64,000 nt of DNA from Yuukianura sp. NJ FZ-2021 (lineage: Eukaryota): contig CM102287.1 of the NCBI GenBank assembly GCA_046563655.1, forward strand, positions 682,001 through 746,000, written 5' to 3'. Below, in pieces: positions 22,701-37,700 of the stretch. The position numbers and the translations under genes were made by a program. The notes below the pieces were generated by a model. It was not told the DNA's origin, did no database searches, and saw nothing but the letters and a program-made list of their open reading frames with translations. Each line of letters opens with the position of its first letter. The first letter of the stretch is position 1.

Positions 22701-25700
22701 AGGGGTAAAATTGCTCGGCAAATTCACAAAAACGGCTGTATCTCGAGAAGTGTGGTTTTCCGGTGAAATCTAATTTCGAATTCGGATTCACCGACTTGAA
22801 ATTGATGTGAGTAGACTTTCAAAGGTGGACATTTAGAAAGGCAGTTTTTCTAAATTTTTAGGGGTAAAATTGCTCGGCAAATTCACAAAAACGGCTGTAT
22901 CTCGAGAAGTGTGGTTTTCCGGTGAAATCTAATTTCGAATTCGGATTCACCGACTTGAAATTGATGTGAGTAGACTTTCAAAGGTGGACATTTAGAAAGG
23001 CAGTTTTTCTAAATTTTTAGGGGTAAAATTGCTCGGCAAATTCACAAAAACGGCTGTATCTCGAGAAGTGTGGTTTTCCGGTGAAATCTAATTTCGAATT
23101 CGGATTCACCGACTTGAAATTGATGTGAGTAGACTTTCAAAGGTGGACATTTAGAAAGGCAGTTTTTCTAAATTTTTAGGGGTAAAATTGCTCGGCAAAT
23201 TCACAAAAACGGCTGTATCTCGAGAAGTGTGGTTTTCCGGTGAAATCTAATTTCGAATTCGGATTCACCGACTTGAAATTGATGTGAGTAGACTTTCAAA
23301 GGTGGACATTTAGAAAGGCAGTTTTTCTAAATTTTTAGGGGTAAAATTGCTCGGCAAATTCACAAAAACGGCTGTATCTCGAGAAGTGTGGTTTTCCGGT
23401 GAAATCTAATTTCGAATTCGGATTCACCGACTTGAAATTGATGTGAGTAGACTTTCAAAGGTGGACATTTAGAAAGGCAGTTTTTCTAAATTTTTAGGGG
23501 TAAAATTGCTCGGCAAATTCACAAAAACGGCTGTATCTCGAGAAGTGTGGTTTTCCGGTGAAATCTAATTTCGAATTCGGATTCACCGACTTGAAATTGA
23601 TGTGAGTAGACTTTCAAAGGTGGACATTTAGAAAGGCAGTTTTTCTAAATTTTTAGGGGTAAAATTGCTCGGCAAATTCACAAAAACGGCTGTATCTCGA
23701 GAAGTGTGGTTTTCCGGTGAAATCTAATTTCGAATTCGGATTCACCGACTTGAAATTGATGTGAGTAGACTTTCAAAGGTGGACATTTAGAAAGGCAGTT
23801 TTTCTAAATTTTTAATGGGTAAAATTGCTCGGCAAATTCACAAAAATGGCTGTATCTCGAGAAGTGTGGTTTTCCGGTGAAATCTAATTTCGAATTCGGA
23901 TTCACCGACTTGAAATTGATGTGAGTAGACTTTCAAAGGTGGACATTTAGAAAGGCAGTTTTTCTAAATTTTTAGGGGTAAAATTGCTCGGCAAATTCAC
24001 AAAAACGGCTGTATCTCGAGAAGTGTGGTTTTCCGGTGAAATCTAATTTCGAATTCGGATTCACCGACTTGAAATTGATGTGAGTAGACTTTCAAAGGTG
24101 GACATTTAGAAAGGCAGTTTTTCTAAATTTTTAGGGGTTAAAATTGCTCGGCAAATTCACAAAAACGGCTGTATCTCGAGAAGTGTGGTTTTCCGGTGAA
24201 ATCTAATTTCGAATTCGGATTCACCGACTTGAAATTGATGTGAGTAGACTTTCAAAGGTGGACATTTAGAAAGGCAGTTTTTCTAAATTTTTAGGGGTAA
24301 AATTGCTCGGCAAATTCACAAAAACGGCTGTATCTCGAGAAGTGTGGTTTTCCGGTGAAATCTAATTTCGAATTCGGATTCACCGACTTGAAATTGATGT
24401 GAGTAGACTTTCAAAGGTGGACATTTAGAAAGGCAGTTTTTCTAAATTTTTAGGGGTAAAATTGCTCGGCAAATTCACAAAAACGGCTGTATCTCGAGAA
24501 GTGTGGTTTTCCGGTGAAATCTAATTTCGAATTCGGATTCACCGACTTGAAATTGATGTGAGTAGACTTTCAAAGGTGGACATTTAGAAAGGCAGTTTTT
24601 CTAAATTTTTAATGGGTAAAATTGCTCGGCAAATTCACAAAAATGGCTGTATCTCGAGAAGTGTGGTTTTCCGGTGAAATCTAATTTCGAATTCGGATTC
24701 ACCGACTTGAAATTGATGTGAGTAGACTTTCAAAGGTGGACATTTAGAAAGGCAGTTTTTCTAAATTTTTAATGGGTAAAATTGCTCGGCAAATTCACAA
24801 AAACGGCTGTATCTCGAGAAGTGTGGTTTTCCGGTGAAATCTAATTTCGAATTCGGATTCACCGACTTGAAATTGATGTGAGTAGACTTTCAAAGGTGGA
24901 CATTTAGAAAGGCAGTTTTTCTAAATTTTTAGGGGTAAAATTGCTCGGCAAATTCACAAAAACGGCTGTATCTCGAGAAGTGTGGTTTTCCGGTGAAATC
25001 TAATTTCGAATTCGGATTCACCGACTTGAAATTGATGTGAGTAGACTTTCAAAGGTGGACATTTAGAAAGGCAGTTTTTCTAAATTTTTAGGGGTAAAAT
25101 TGCTCGGCAAATTCACAAAAACGGCTGTATCTCGAGAAGTGTGGTTTTCCGGTGAAATCTAATTTCGAATTCGGATTCACCGACTTGAAATTGATGTGAG
25201 TAGACTTTCAAAGGTGGACATTTAGAAAGGCAGTTTTTCTAAATTTTTAGGGGTAAAATTGCTCGGCAAATTCACAAAAACGGCTGTATCTCGAGAAGTG
25301 TGGTTTTCCGGTGAAATCTAATTTCGAATTCGGATTCACCGACTTGAAATTGATGTGAGTAGACTTTCAAAGGTGGACATTTAGAAAGGCAGTTTTTCTA
25401 AATTTTTAGGGGTAAAATTGCTCGGCAAATTCACAAAAACGGCTGTATCTCGAGAAGTGTGGTTTTCCGGTGAAATCTAATTTCGAATTCGGATTCACCG
25501 ACTTGAAATTGATGTGAGTAGACTTTCAAAGGTGGACATTTAGAAAGGCAGTTTTTCTAAATTTTTAGGGGTAAAATTGCTCGGCAAATTCACAAAAACG
25601 GCTGTATCTCGAGAAGTGTGGTTTTCCGGTGAAATCTAATTTCGAATTCGGATTCACCGACTTGAAATTGATGTGAGTAGACTTTCAAAGGTGGACATTT

Positions 25701-28700
25701 AGAAAGGCAGTTTTTCTAAATTTTTAGGGGTAAAATTGCTCGGCAAATTCACAAAAACGGCTGTATCTCGAGAAGTGTGGTTTTCCGGTGAAATCTAATT
25801 TCGAATTCGGATTCACCGACTTGAAATTGATGTGAGTAGACTTTCAAAGGTGGACATTTAGAAAGGCAGTTTTTCTAAATTTTTAGGGGTAAAATTGCTC
25901 GGCAAATTCACAAAAACGGCTGTATCTCGAGAAGTGTGGTTTTCCGGTGAAATCTAATTTCGAATTCGGATTCACCGACTTGAAATTGATGTGAGTAGAC
26001 TTTCAAAGGTGGACATTTAGAAAGGCAGTTTTTCTAAATTTTTAATGGGTAAAATTGCTCGGCAAATTCACAAAAACGGCTGTATCTCGAGAAGTGTGGT
26101 TTTCCGGTGAAATCTAATTTCGAATTCGGATTCACCGACTTGAAATTGATGTGAGTAGACTTTCAAAGGTGGACATTTAGAAAGGCAGTTTTTCTAAATT
26201 TTTAGGGGTAAAATTGCTCGGCAAATTCACAAAAACGGCTGTATCTCGAGAAGTGTGGTTTTCCGGTGAAATCTAATTTCGAATTCGGATTCACCGACTT
26301 GAAATTGATGTGAGTAGACTTTCAAAGGTGGACATTTAGAAAGGCAGTTTTTCTAAATTTTTAGGGGTAAAATTGCTCGGCAAATTCACAAAAACGGCTG
26401 TATCTCGAGAAGTGTGGTTTTCCGGTGAAATCTAATTTCGAATTCGGATTCACCGACTTGAAATTGATGTGAGTAGACTTTCAAAGGTGGACATTTAGAA
26501 AGGCAGTTTTTCTAAATTTTTAGGGGTAAAATTGCTCGGCAAATTCACAAAAACGGCTGTATCTCGAGAAGTGTGGTTTTCCGGTGAAATCTAATTTCGA
26601 ATTCGGATTCACCGACTTGAAATTGATGTGAGTAGACTTTCAAAGGTGGACATTTAGAAAGGCAGTTTTTCTAAATTTTTAGGGGTTAAAATTGCTCGGC
26701 AAATTCACAAAAACGGCTGTATCTCGAGAAGTGTGGTTTTCCGGTGAAATCTAATTTCGAATTCGGATTCACCGACTTGAAATTGATGTGAGTAGACTTT
26801 CAAAGGTGGACATTTAGAAAGGCAGTTTTTCTAAATTTTTAATGGGTAAAATTGCTCGGCAAATTCACAAAAATGGCTGTATCTCGAGAAGTGTGGTTTT
26901 CCGGTGAAATCTAATTTCGAATTCGGATTCACCGACTTGAAATTGATGTGAGTAGACTTTCAAAGGTGGACATTTAGAAAGGCAGTTTTTCTAAATTTTT
27001 AATGGGTAAAATTGCTCGGCAAATTCACAAAAACGGCTGTATCTCGAGAAGTGTGGTTTTCCGGTGAAATCTAATTTCGAATTCGGATTCACCGACTTGA
27101 AATTGATGTGAGTAGACTTTCAAAGGTGGACATTTAGAAAGGCAGTTTTTCTAAATTTTTAGGGGTAAAATTGCTCGGCAAATTCACAAAAACGGCTGTA
27201 TCTCGAGAAGTGTGGTTTTCCGGTGAAATCTAATTTCGAATTCGGATTCACCGACTTGAAATTGATGTGAGTAGACTTTCAAAGGTGGACATTTAGAAAG
27301 GCAGTTTTTCTAAATTTTTAGGGGTAAAATTGCTCGGCAAATTCACAAAAACGGCTGTATCTCGAGAAGTGTGGTTTTCCGGTGAAATCTAATTTCGAAT
27401 TCGGATTCACCGACTTGAAATTGATGTGAGTAGACTTTCAAAGGTGGACATTTAGAAAGGCAGTTTTTCTAAATTTTTAATGGGTAAAATTGCTCGGCAA
27501 ATTCACAAAAATGGCTGTATCTCGAGAAGTGTGGTTTTCCGGTGAAATCTAATTTCGAATTCGGATTCACCGACTTGAAATTGATGTGAGTAGACTTTCA
27601 AAGGTGGACATTTAGAAAGGCAGTTTTTCTAAATTTTTAATGGGTAAAATTGCTCGGCAAATTCACAAAAATGGCTGTATCTCGAGAAGTGTGGTTTTCC
27701 GGTGAAATCTAATTTCGAATTCGGATTCACCGACTTGAAATTGATGTGAGTAGACTTTCAAAGGTGGACATTTAGAAAGGCAGTTTTTCTAAATTTTTAG
27801 GGGTAAAATTGCTCGGCAAATTCACAAAAACGGCTGTATCTCGAGAAGTGTGGTTTTCCGGTGAAATCTAATTTCGAATTCGGATTCACCGACTTGAAAT
27901 TGATGTGAGTAGACTTTCAAAGGTGGACATTTAGAAAGGCAGTTTTTCTAAATTTTTAGGGGTAAAATTGCTCGGCAAATTCACAAAAACGGCTGTATCT
28001 CGAGAAGTGTGGTTTTCCGGTGAAATCTAATTTCGAATTCGGATTCACCGACTTGAAATTGATGTGAGTAGACTTTCAAAGGTGGACATTTAGAAAGGCA
28101 GTTTTTCTAAATTTTTAGGGGTAAAATTGCTCGGCAAATTCACAAAAACGGCTGTATCTCGAGAAGTGTGGTTTTCCGGTGAAATCTAATTTCGAATTCG
28201 GATTCACCGACTTGAAATTGATGTGAGTAGACTTTCAAAGGTGGACATTTAGAAAGGCAGTTTTTCTAAATTTTTAATGGGTAAAATTGCTCGGCAAATT
28301 CACAAAAACGGCTGTATCTCGAGAAGTGTGGTTTTCCGGTGAAATCTAATTTCGAATTCGGATTCACCGACTTGAAATTGATGTGAGTAGACTTTCAAAG
28401 GTGGACATTTAGAAAGGCAGTTTTTCTAAATTTTTAGGGGTAAAATTGCTCGGCAAATTCACAAAAACGGCTGTATCTCGAGAAGTGTGGTTTTCCGGTG
28501 AAATCTAATTTCGAATTCGGATTCACCGACTTGAAATTGATGTGAGTAGACTTTCAAAGGTGGACATTTAGAAAGGCAGTTTTTCTAAATTTTTAGGGGT
28601 AAAATTGCTCGGCAAATTCACAAAAACGGCTGTATCTCGAGAAGTGTGGTTTTCCGGTGAAATCTAATTTCGAATTCGGATTCACCGACTTGAAATTGAT

Positions 28701-31700
28701 GTGAGTAGACTTTCAAAGGTGGACATTTAGAAAGGCAGTTTTTCTAAATTTTTAATGGGTAAAATTGCTCGGCAAATTCACAAAAATGGCTGTATCTCGA
28801 GAAGTGTGGTTTTCCGGTGAAATCTAATTTCGAATTCGGATTCACCGACTTGAAATTGATGTGAGTAGACTTTCAAAGGTGGACATTTAGAAAGGCAGTT
28901 TTTCTAAATTTTTAATGGGTAAAATTGCTCGGCAAATTCACAAAAATGGCTGTATCTCGAGAAGTGTGGTTTTCCGGTGAAATCTAATTTCGAATTCGGA
29001 TTCACCGACTTGAAATTGATGTGAGTAGACTTTCAAAGGTGGACATTTAGAAAGGCAGTTTTTCTAAATTTTTAGGGGTAAAATTGCTCGGCAAATTCAC
29101 AAAAACGGCTGTATCTCGAGAAGTGTGGTTTTCCGGTGAAATCTAATTTCGAATTCGGATTCACCGACTTGAAATTGATGTGAGTAGACTTTCAAAGGTG
29201 GACATTTAGAAAGGCAGTTTTTCTAAATTTTTAATGGGTAAAATTGCTCGGCAAATTCACAAAAATGGCTGTATCTCGAGAAGTGTGGTTTTCCGGTGAA
29301 ATCTAATTTCGAATTCGGATTCACCGACTTGAAATTGATGTGAGTAGACTTTCAAAGGTGGACATTTAGAAAGGCAGTTTTTCTAAATTTTTAATGGGTA
29401 AAATTGCTCGGCAAATTCACAAAAATGGCTGTATCTCGAGAAGTGTGGTTTTCCGGTGAAATCTAATTTCGAATTCGGATTCACCGACTTGAAATTGATG
29501 TGAGTAGACTTTCAAAGGTGGACATTTAGAAAGGCAGTTTTTCTAAATTTTTAATGGGTAAAATTGCTCGGCAAATTCACAAAAATGGCTGTATCTCGAG
29601 AAGTGTGGTTTTCCGGTGAAATCTAATTTCGAATTCGGATTCACCGACTTGAAATTGATGTGAGTAGACTTTCAAAGGTGGACATTTAGAAAGGCAGTTT
29701 TTCTAAATTTTTAATGGGTAAAATTGCTCGGCAAATTCACAAAAATGGCTGTATCTCGAGAAGTGTGGTTTTCCGGTGAAATCTAATTTCGAATTCGGAT
29801 TCACCGACTTGAAATTGATGTGAGTAGACTTTCAAAGGTGGACATTTAGAAAGGCAGTTTTTCTAAATTTTTAATGGGTAAAATTGCTCGGCAAATTCAC
29901 AAAAATGGCTGTATCTCGAGAAGTGTGGTTTTCCGGTGAAATCTAATTTCGAATTCGGATTCACCGACTTGAAATTGATGTGAGTAGACTTTCAAAGGTG
30001 GACATTTAGAAAGGCAGTTTTTCTAAATTTTTAATGGGTAAAATTGCTCGGCAAATTCACAAAAATGGCTGTATCTCGAGAAGTGTGGTTTTCCGGTGAA
30101 ATCTAATTTCGAATTCGGATTCACCGACTTGAAATTGATGTGAGTAGACTTTCAAAGGTGGACATTTAGAAAGGCAGTTTTTCTAAATTTTTAATGGGTA
30201 AAATTGCTCGGCAAATTCACAAAAATGGCTGTATCTCGAGAAGTGTGGTTTTCCGGTGAAATCTAATTTCGAATTCGGATTCACCGACTTGAAATTGATG
30301 TGAGTAGACTTTCAAAGGTGGACATTTAGAAAGGCAGTTTTTCTAAATTTTTAATGGGTAAAATTGCTCGGCAAATTCACAAAAATGGCTGTATCTCGAG
30401 AAGTGTGGTTTTCCGGTGAAATCTAATTTCGAATTCGGATTCACCGACTTGAAATTGATGTGAGTAGACTTTCAAAGGTGGACATTTAGAAAGGCAGTTT
30501 TTCTAAATTTTTAGGGGTAAAATTGCTCGGCAAATTCACAAAAACGGCTGTATCTCGAGAAGTGTGGTTTTCCGGTGAAATCTAATTTCGAATTCGGATT
30601 CACCGACTTGAAATTGATGTGAGTAGACTTTCAAAGGTGGACATTTAGAAAGGCAGTTTTTCTAAATTTTTAATGGGTAAAATTGCTCGGCAAATTCACA
30701 AAAATGGCTGTATCTCGAGAAGTGTGGTTTTCCGGTGAAATCTAATTTCGAATTCGGATTCACCGACTTGAAATTGATGTGAGTAGACTTTCAAAGGTGG
30801 ACATTTAGAAAGGCAGTTTTTCTAAATTTTTAATGGGTAAAATTGCTCGGCAAATTCACAAAAACGGCTGTATCTCGAGAAGTGTGGTTTTCCGGTGAAA
30901 TCTAATTTCGAATTCGGATTCACCGACTTGAAATTGATGTGAGTAGACTTTCAAAGGTGGACATTTAGAAAGGCAGTTTTTCTAAATTTTTAATGGGTAA
31001 AATTGCTCGGCAAATTCACAAAAATGGCTGTATCTCGAGAAGTGTGGTTTTCCGGTGAAATCTAATTTCGAATTCGGATTCACCGACTTGAAATTGATGT
31101 GAGTAGACTTTCAAAGGTGGACATTTAGAAAGGCAGTTTTTCTAAATTTTTAATGGGTAAAATTGCTCGGCAAATTCACAAAAATGGCTGTATCTCGAGA
31201 AGTGTGGTTTTCCGGTGAAATCTAATTTCGAATTCGGATTCACCGACTTGAAATTGATGTGAGTAGACTTTCAAAGGTGGACATTTAGAAAGGCAGTTTT
31301 TCTAAATTTTTAATGGGTAAAATTGCTCGGCAAATTCACAAAAATGGCTGTATCTCGAGAAGTGTGGTTTTCCGGTGAAATCTAATTTCGAATTCGGATT
31401 CACCGACTTGAAATTGATGTGAGTAGACTTTCAAAGGTGGACATTTAGAAAGGCAGTTTTTCTAAATTTTTAATGGGTAAAATTGCTCGGCAAATTCACA
31501 AAAATGGCTGTATCTCGAGAAGTGTGGTTTTCCGGTGAAATCTAATTTCGAATTCGGATTTACCGACTTGAAATTGATGTGATTAGACTTTCAAAGGTGG
31601 ACATTTAGAAAGGCAGTTTTTCTAAATTTTTAATGGGTAAAATTGCTCGGCAAATTCACAAAAACGGCTGTATCTCGAGAAGTGTGGTTTTCCGGTGAAA

Positions 31701-34700
31701 TCTAATTTCGAATTCGGATTCACCGACTTGAAATTGATGTGAGTAGACTTTCAAAGGTGGACATTTAGAAAGGCAGTTTTTCTAAATTTTTAATGGGTAA
31801 AATTGCTCGGCAAATTCACAAAAATGGCTGTATCTCGAGAAGTGTGGTTTTCCGGTGAAATCTAATTTCGAATTCGGATTCACCGACTTGAAATTGATGT
31901 GAGTAGACTTTCAAAGGTGGACATTTAGAAAGGCAGTTTTTCTAAATTTTTAATGGGTAAAATTGCTCGGCAAATTCACAAAAATGGCTGTATCTCGAGA
32001 AGTGTGGTTTTCCGGTGAAATCTAATTTCGAATTCGGATTCACCGACTTGAAATTGATGTGAGTAGACTTTCAAAGGTGGACATTTAGAAAGGCAGTTTT
32101 TCTAAATTTTTAATGGGTAAAATTGCTCGGCAAATTCACAAAAATGGCTGTATCTCGAGAAGTGTGGTTTTCCGGTGAAATCTAATTTCGAATTCGGATT
32201 CACCGACTTGAAATTGATGTGAGTAGACTTTCAAAGGTGGACATTTAGAAAGGCAGTTTTTCTAAATTTTTAATGGGTAAAATTGCTCGGCAAATTCACA
32301 AAAATGGCTGTATCTCGAGAAGTGTGGTTTTCCGGTGAAATCTAATTTCGAATTCGGATTCACCGACTTGAAATTGATGTGAGTAGACTTTCAAAGGTGG
32401 ACATTTAGAAAGGCAGTTTTTCTAAATTTTTAATGGGTAAAATTGCTCGGCAAATTCACAAAAATGGCTGTATCTCGAGAAGTGTGGTTTTCCGGTGAAA
32501 TCTAATTTCGAATTCGGATTCACCGACTTGAAATTGATGTGAGTAGACTTTCAAAGGTGGACATTTAGAAAGGCAGTTTTTCTAAATTTTTAATGGGTAA
32601 AATTGCTCGGCAAATTCACAAAAATGGCTGTATCTCGAGAAGTGTGGTTTTCCGGTGAAATCTAATTTCGAATTCGGATTCACCGACTTGAAATTGATGT
32701 GAGTAGACTTTCAAAGGTGGACATTTAGAAAGGCAGTTTTTCTAAATTTTTAATGGGTAAAATTGCTCGGCAAATTCACAAAAATGGCTGTATCTCGAGA
32801 AGTGTGGTTTTCCGGTGAAATCTAATTTCGAATTCGGATTCACCGACTTGAAATTGATGTGAGTAGACTTTCAAAGGTGGACATTTAGAAAGGCAGTTTT
32901 TCTAAATTTTTAGGGGTAAAATTGCTCGGCAAATTCACAAAAACGGCTGTATCTCGAGAAGTGTGGTTTTCCGGTGAAATCTAATTTCGAATTCGGATTC
33001 ACCGACTTGAAATTGATGTGAGTAGACTTTCAAAGGTGGACATTTAGAAAGGCAGTTTTTCTAAATTTTTAATGGGTAAAATTGCTCGGCAAATTCACAA
33101 AAATGGCTGTATCTCGAGAAGTGTGGTTTTCCGGTGAAATCTAATTTCGAATTCGGATTCACCGACTTGAAATTGATGTGAGTAGACTTTCAAAGGTGGA
33201 CATTTAGAAAGGCAGTTTTTCTAAATTTTTAATGGGTAAAATTGCTCGGCAAATTCACAAAAATGGCTGTATCTCGAGAAGTGTGGTTTTCCGGTGAAAT
33301 CTAATTTCGAATTCGGATTCACCGACTTGAAATTGATGTGAGTAGACTTTCAAAGGTGGACATTTAGAAAGGCAGTTTTTCTAAATTTTTAATGGGTAAA
33401 ATTGCTCGGCAAATTCACAAAAATGGCTGTATCTCGAGAAGTGTGGTTTTCCGGTGAAATCTAATTTCGAATTCGGATTCACCGACTTGAAATTGATGTG
33501 AGTAGACTTTCAAAGGTGGACATTTAGAAAGGCAGTTTTTCTAAATTTTTAATGGGTAAAATTGCTCGGCAAATTCACAAAAATGGCTGTATCTCGAGAA
33601 GTGTGGTTTTCCGGTGAAATCTAATTTCGAATTCGGATTCACCGACTTGAAATTGATGTGAGTAGACTTTCAAAGGTGGACATTTAGAAAGGCAGTTTTT
33701 CTAAATTTTTAGGGGTAAAATTGCTCGGCAAATTCACAAAAACGGCTGTATCTCGAGAAGTGTGGTTTTCCGGTGAAATCTAATTTCGAATTCGGATTCA
33801 CCGACTTGAAATTGATGTGAGTAGACTTTCAAAGGTGGACATTTAGAAAGGCAGTTTTTCTAAATTTTTAATGGGTAAAATTGCTCGGCAAATTCACAAA
33901 AATGGCTGTATCTCGAGAAGTGTGGTTTTCCGGTGAAATCTAATTTCGAATTCGGATTCACCGACTTGAAATTGATGTGAGTAGACTTTCAAAGGTGGAC
34001 ATTTAGAAAGGCAGTTTTTCTAAATTTTTAATGGGTAAAATTGCTCGGCAAATTCACAAAAATGGCTGTATCTCGAGAAGTGTGGTTTTCCGGTGAAATC
34101 TAATTTCGAATTCGGATTCACCGACTTGAAATTGATGTGAGTAGACTTTCAAAGGTGGACATTTAGAAAGGCAGTTTTTCTAAATTTTTAATGGGTAAAA
34201 TTGCTCGGCAAATTCACAAAAATGGCTGTATCTCGAGAAGTGTGGTTTTCCGGTGAAATCTAATTTCGAATTCGGATTCACCGACTTGAAATTGATGTGA
34301 GTAGACTTTCAAAGGTGGACATTTAGAAAGGCAGTTTTTCTAAATTTTTAATGGGTAAAATTGCTCGGCAAATTCACAAAAACGGCTGTATCTCGAGAAG
34401 TGTGGTTTTCCGGTGAAATCTAATTTCGAATTCGGATTCACCGACTTGAAATTGATGTGAGTAGACTTTCAAAGGTGGACATTTAGAAAGGCAGTTTTTC
34501 TAAATTTTTAATGGGTAAAATTGCTCGGCAAATTCACAAAAATGGCTGTATCTCGAGAAGTGTGGTTTTCCGGTGAAATCTAATTTCGAATTCGGATTCA
34601 CCGACTTGAAATTGATGTGAGTAGACTTTCAAAGGTGGACATTTAGAAAGGCAGTTTTTCTAAATTTTTAGGGGTTAAAATTGCTCGGCAAATTCACAAA

Positions 34701-37700
34701 AACGGCTGTATCTCGAGAAGTGTGGTTTTCCGGTGAAATCTAATTTCGAATTCGGATTCACCGACTTGAAATTGATGTGAGTAGACTTTCAAAGGTGGAC
34801 ATTTAGAAAGGCAGTTTTTCTAAATTTTTAGGGGTAAAATTGCTCGGCAAATTCACAAAAACGGCTGTATCTCGAGAAGTGTGGTTTTCCGGTGAAATCT
34901 AATTTCGAATTCGGATTCACCGACTTGAAATTGATGTGAGTAGACTTTCAAAGGTGGACATTTAGAAAGGCAGTTTTTCTAAATTTTTAGGGGTAAAATT
35001 GCTCGGCAAATTCACAAAAACGGCTGTATCTCGAGAAGTGTGGTTTTCCGGTGAAATCTAATTTCGAATTCGGATTCACCGACTTGAAATTGATGTGAGT
35101 AGACTTTCAAAGGTGGACATTTAGAAAGGCAGTTTTTCTAAATTTTTAATGGGTAAAATTGCTCGGCAAATTCACAAAAATGGCTGTATCTCGAGAAGTG
35201 TGGTTTTCCGGTGAAATCTAATTTCGAATTCGGATTCACCGACTTGAAATTGATGTGAGTAGACTTTCAAAGGTGGACATTTAGAAAGGCAGTTTTTCTA
35301 AATTTTTAATGGGTAAAATTGCTCGGCAAATTCACAAAAATGGCTGTATCTCGAGAAGTGTGGTTTTCCGGTGAAATCTAATTTCGAATTCGGATTCACC
35401 GACTTGAAATTGATGTGAGTAGACTTTCAAAGGTGGACATTTAGAAAGGCAGTTTTTCTAAATTTTTAATGGGTAAAATTGCTCGGCAAATTCACAAAAA
35501 TGGCTGTATCTCGAGAAGTGTGGTTTTCCGGTGAAATCTAATTTCGAATTCGGATTCACCGACTTGAAATTGATGTGAGTAGACTTTCAAAGGTGGACAT
35601 TTAGAAAGGCAGTTTTTCTAAATTTTTAATGGGTAAAATTGCTCGGCAAATTCACAAAAACGGCTGTATCTCGAGAAGTGTGGTTTTCCGGTGAAATCTA
35701 ATTTCGAATTCGGATTCACCGACTTGAAATTGATGTGAGTAGACTTTCAAAGGTGGACATTTAGAAAGGCAGTTTTTCTAAATTTTTAATGGGTAAAATT
35801 GCTCGGCAAATTCACAAAAATGGCTGTATCTCGAGAAGTGTGGTTTTCCGGTGAAATCTAATTTCGAATTCGGATTCACCGACTTGAAATTGATGTGAGT
35901 AGACTTTCAAAGGTGGACATTTAGAAAGGCAGTTTTTCTAAATTTTTAATGGGTAAAATTGCTCGGCAAATTCACAAAAACGGCTGTATCTCGAGAAGTG
36001 TGGTTTTCCGGTGAAATCTAATTTCGAATTCGGATTCACCGACTTGAAATTGATGTGAGTAGACTTTCAAAGGTGGACATTTAGAAAGGCAGTTTTTCTA
36101 AATTTTTAATGGGTAAAATTGCTCGGCAAATTCACAAAAATGGCTGTATCTCGAGAAGTGTGGTTTTCCGGTGAAATCTAATTTCGAATTCGGATTCACC
36201 GACTTGAAATTGATGTGAGTAGACTTTCAAAGGTGGACATTTAGAAAGGCAGTTTTTCTAAATTTTTAGGGGTAAAATTGCTCGGCAAATTCACAAAAAC
36301 GGCTGTATCTCGAGAAGTGTGGTTTTCCGGTGAAATCTAATTTCGAATTCGGATTCACCGACTTGAAATTGATGTGAGTAGACTTTCAAAGGTGGACATT
36401 TAGAAAGGCAGTTTTTCTAAATTTTTAGGGGTTAAAATTGCTCGGCAAATTCACAAAAACGGCTGTATCTCGAGAAGTGTGGTTTTCCGGTGAAATCTAA
36501 TTTCGAATTCGGATTCACCGACTTGAAATTGATGTGAGTAGACTTTCAAAGGTGGACATTTAGAAAGGCAGTTTTTCTAAATTTTTAATGGGTAAAATTG
36601 CTCGGCAAATTCACAAAAATGGCTGTATCTCGAGAAGTGTGGTTTTCCGGTGAAATCTAATTTCGAATTCGGATTCACCGACTTGAAATTGATGTGAGTA
36701 GACTTTCAAAGGTGGACATTTAGAAAGGCAGTTTTTCTAAATTTTTAGGGGTAAAATTGCTCGGCAAATTCACAAAAACGGCTGTATCTCGAGAAGTGTG
36801 GTTTTCCGGTGAAATCTAATTTCGAATTCGGATTCACCGACTTGAAATTGATGTGAGTAGACTTTCAAAGGTGGACATTTAGAAAGGCAGTTTTTCTAAA
36901 TTTTTAATGGGTAAAATTGCTCGGCAAATTCACAAAAATGGCTGTATCTCGAGAAGTGTGGTTTTCCGGTGAAATCTAATTTCGAATTCGGATTCACCGA
37001 CTTGAAATTGATGTGAGTAGACTTTCAAAGGTGGACATTTAGAAAGGCAGTTTTTCTAAATTTTTAATGGGTAAAATTGCTCGGCAAATTCACAAAAATG
37101 GCTGTATCTCGAGAAGTGTGGTTTTCCGGTGAAATCTAATTTCGAATTCGGATTCACCGACTTGAAATTGATGTGAGTAGACTTTCAAAGGTGGACATTT
37201 AGAAAGGCAGTTTTTCTAAATTTTTAGGGGTAAAATTGCTCGGCAAATTCACAAAAACGGCTGTATCTCGAGAAGTGTGGTTTTCCGGTGAAATCTAATT
37301 TCGAATTCGGATTCACCGACTTGAAATTGATGTGAGTAGACTTTCAAAGGTGGACATTTAGAAAGGCAGTTTTTCTAAATTTTTAATGGGTAAAATTGCT
37401 CGGCAAATTCACAAAAATGGCTGTATCTCGAGAAGTGTGGTTTTCCGGTGAAATCTAATTTCGAATTCGGATTCACCGACTTGAAATTGATGTGAGTAGA
37501 CTTTCAAAGGTGGACATTTAGAAAGGCAGTTTTTCTAAATTTTTAATGGGTAAAATTGCTCGGCAAATTCACAAAAACGGCTGTATCTCGAGAAGTGTGG
37601 TTTTCCGGTGAAATCTAATTTCGAATTCGGATTCACCGACTTGAAATTGATGTGAGTAGACTTTCAAAGGTGGACATTTAGAAAGGCAGTTTTTCTAAAT

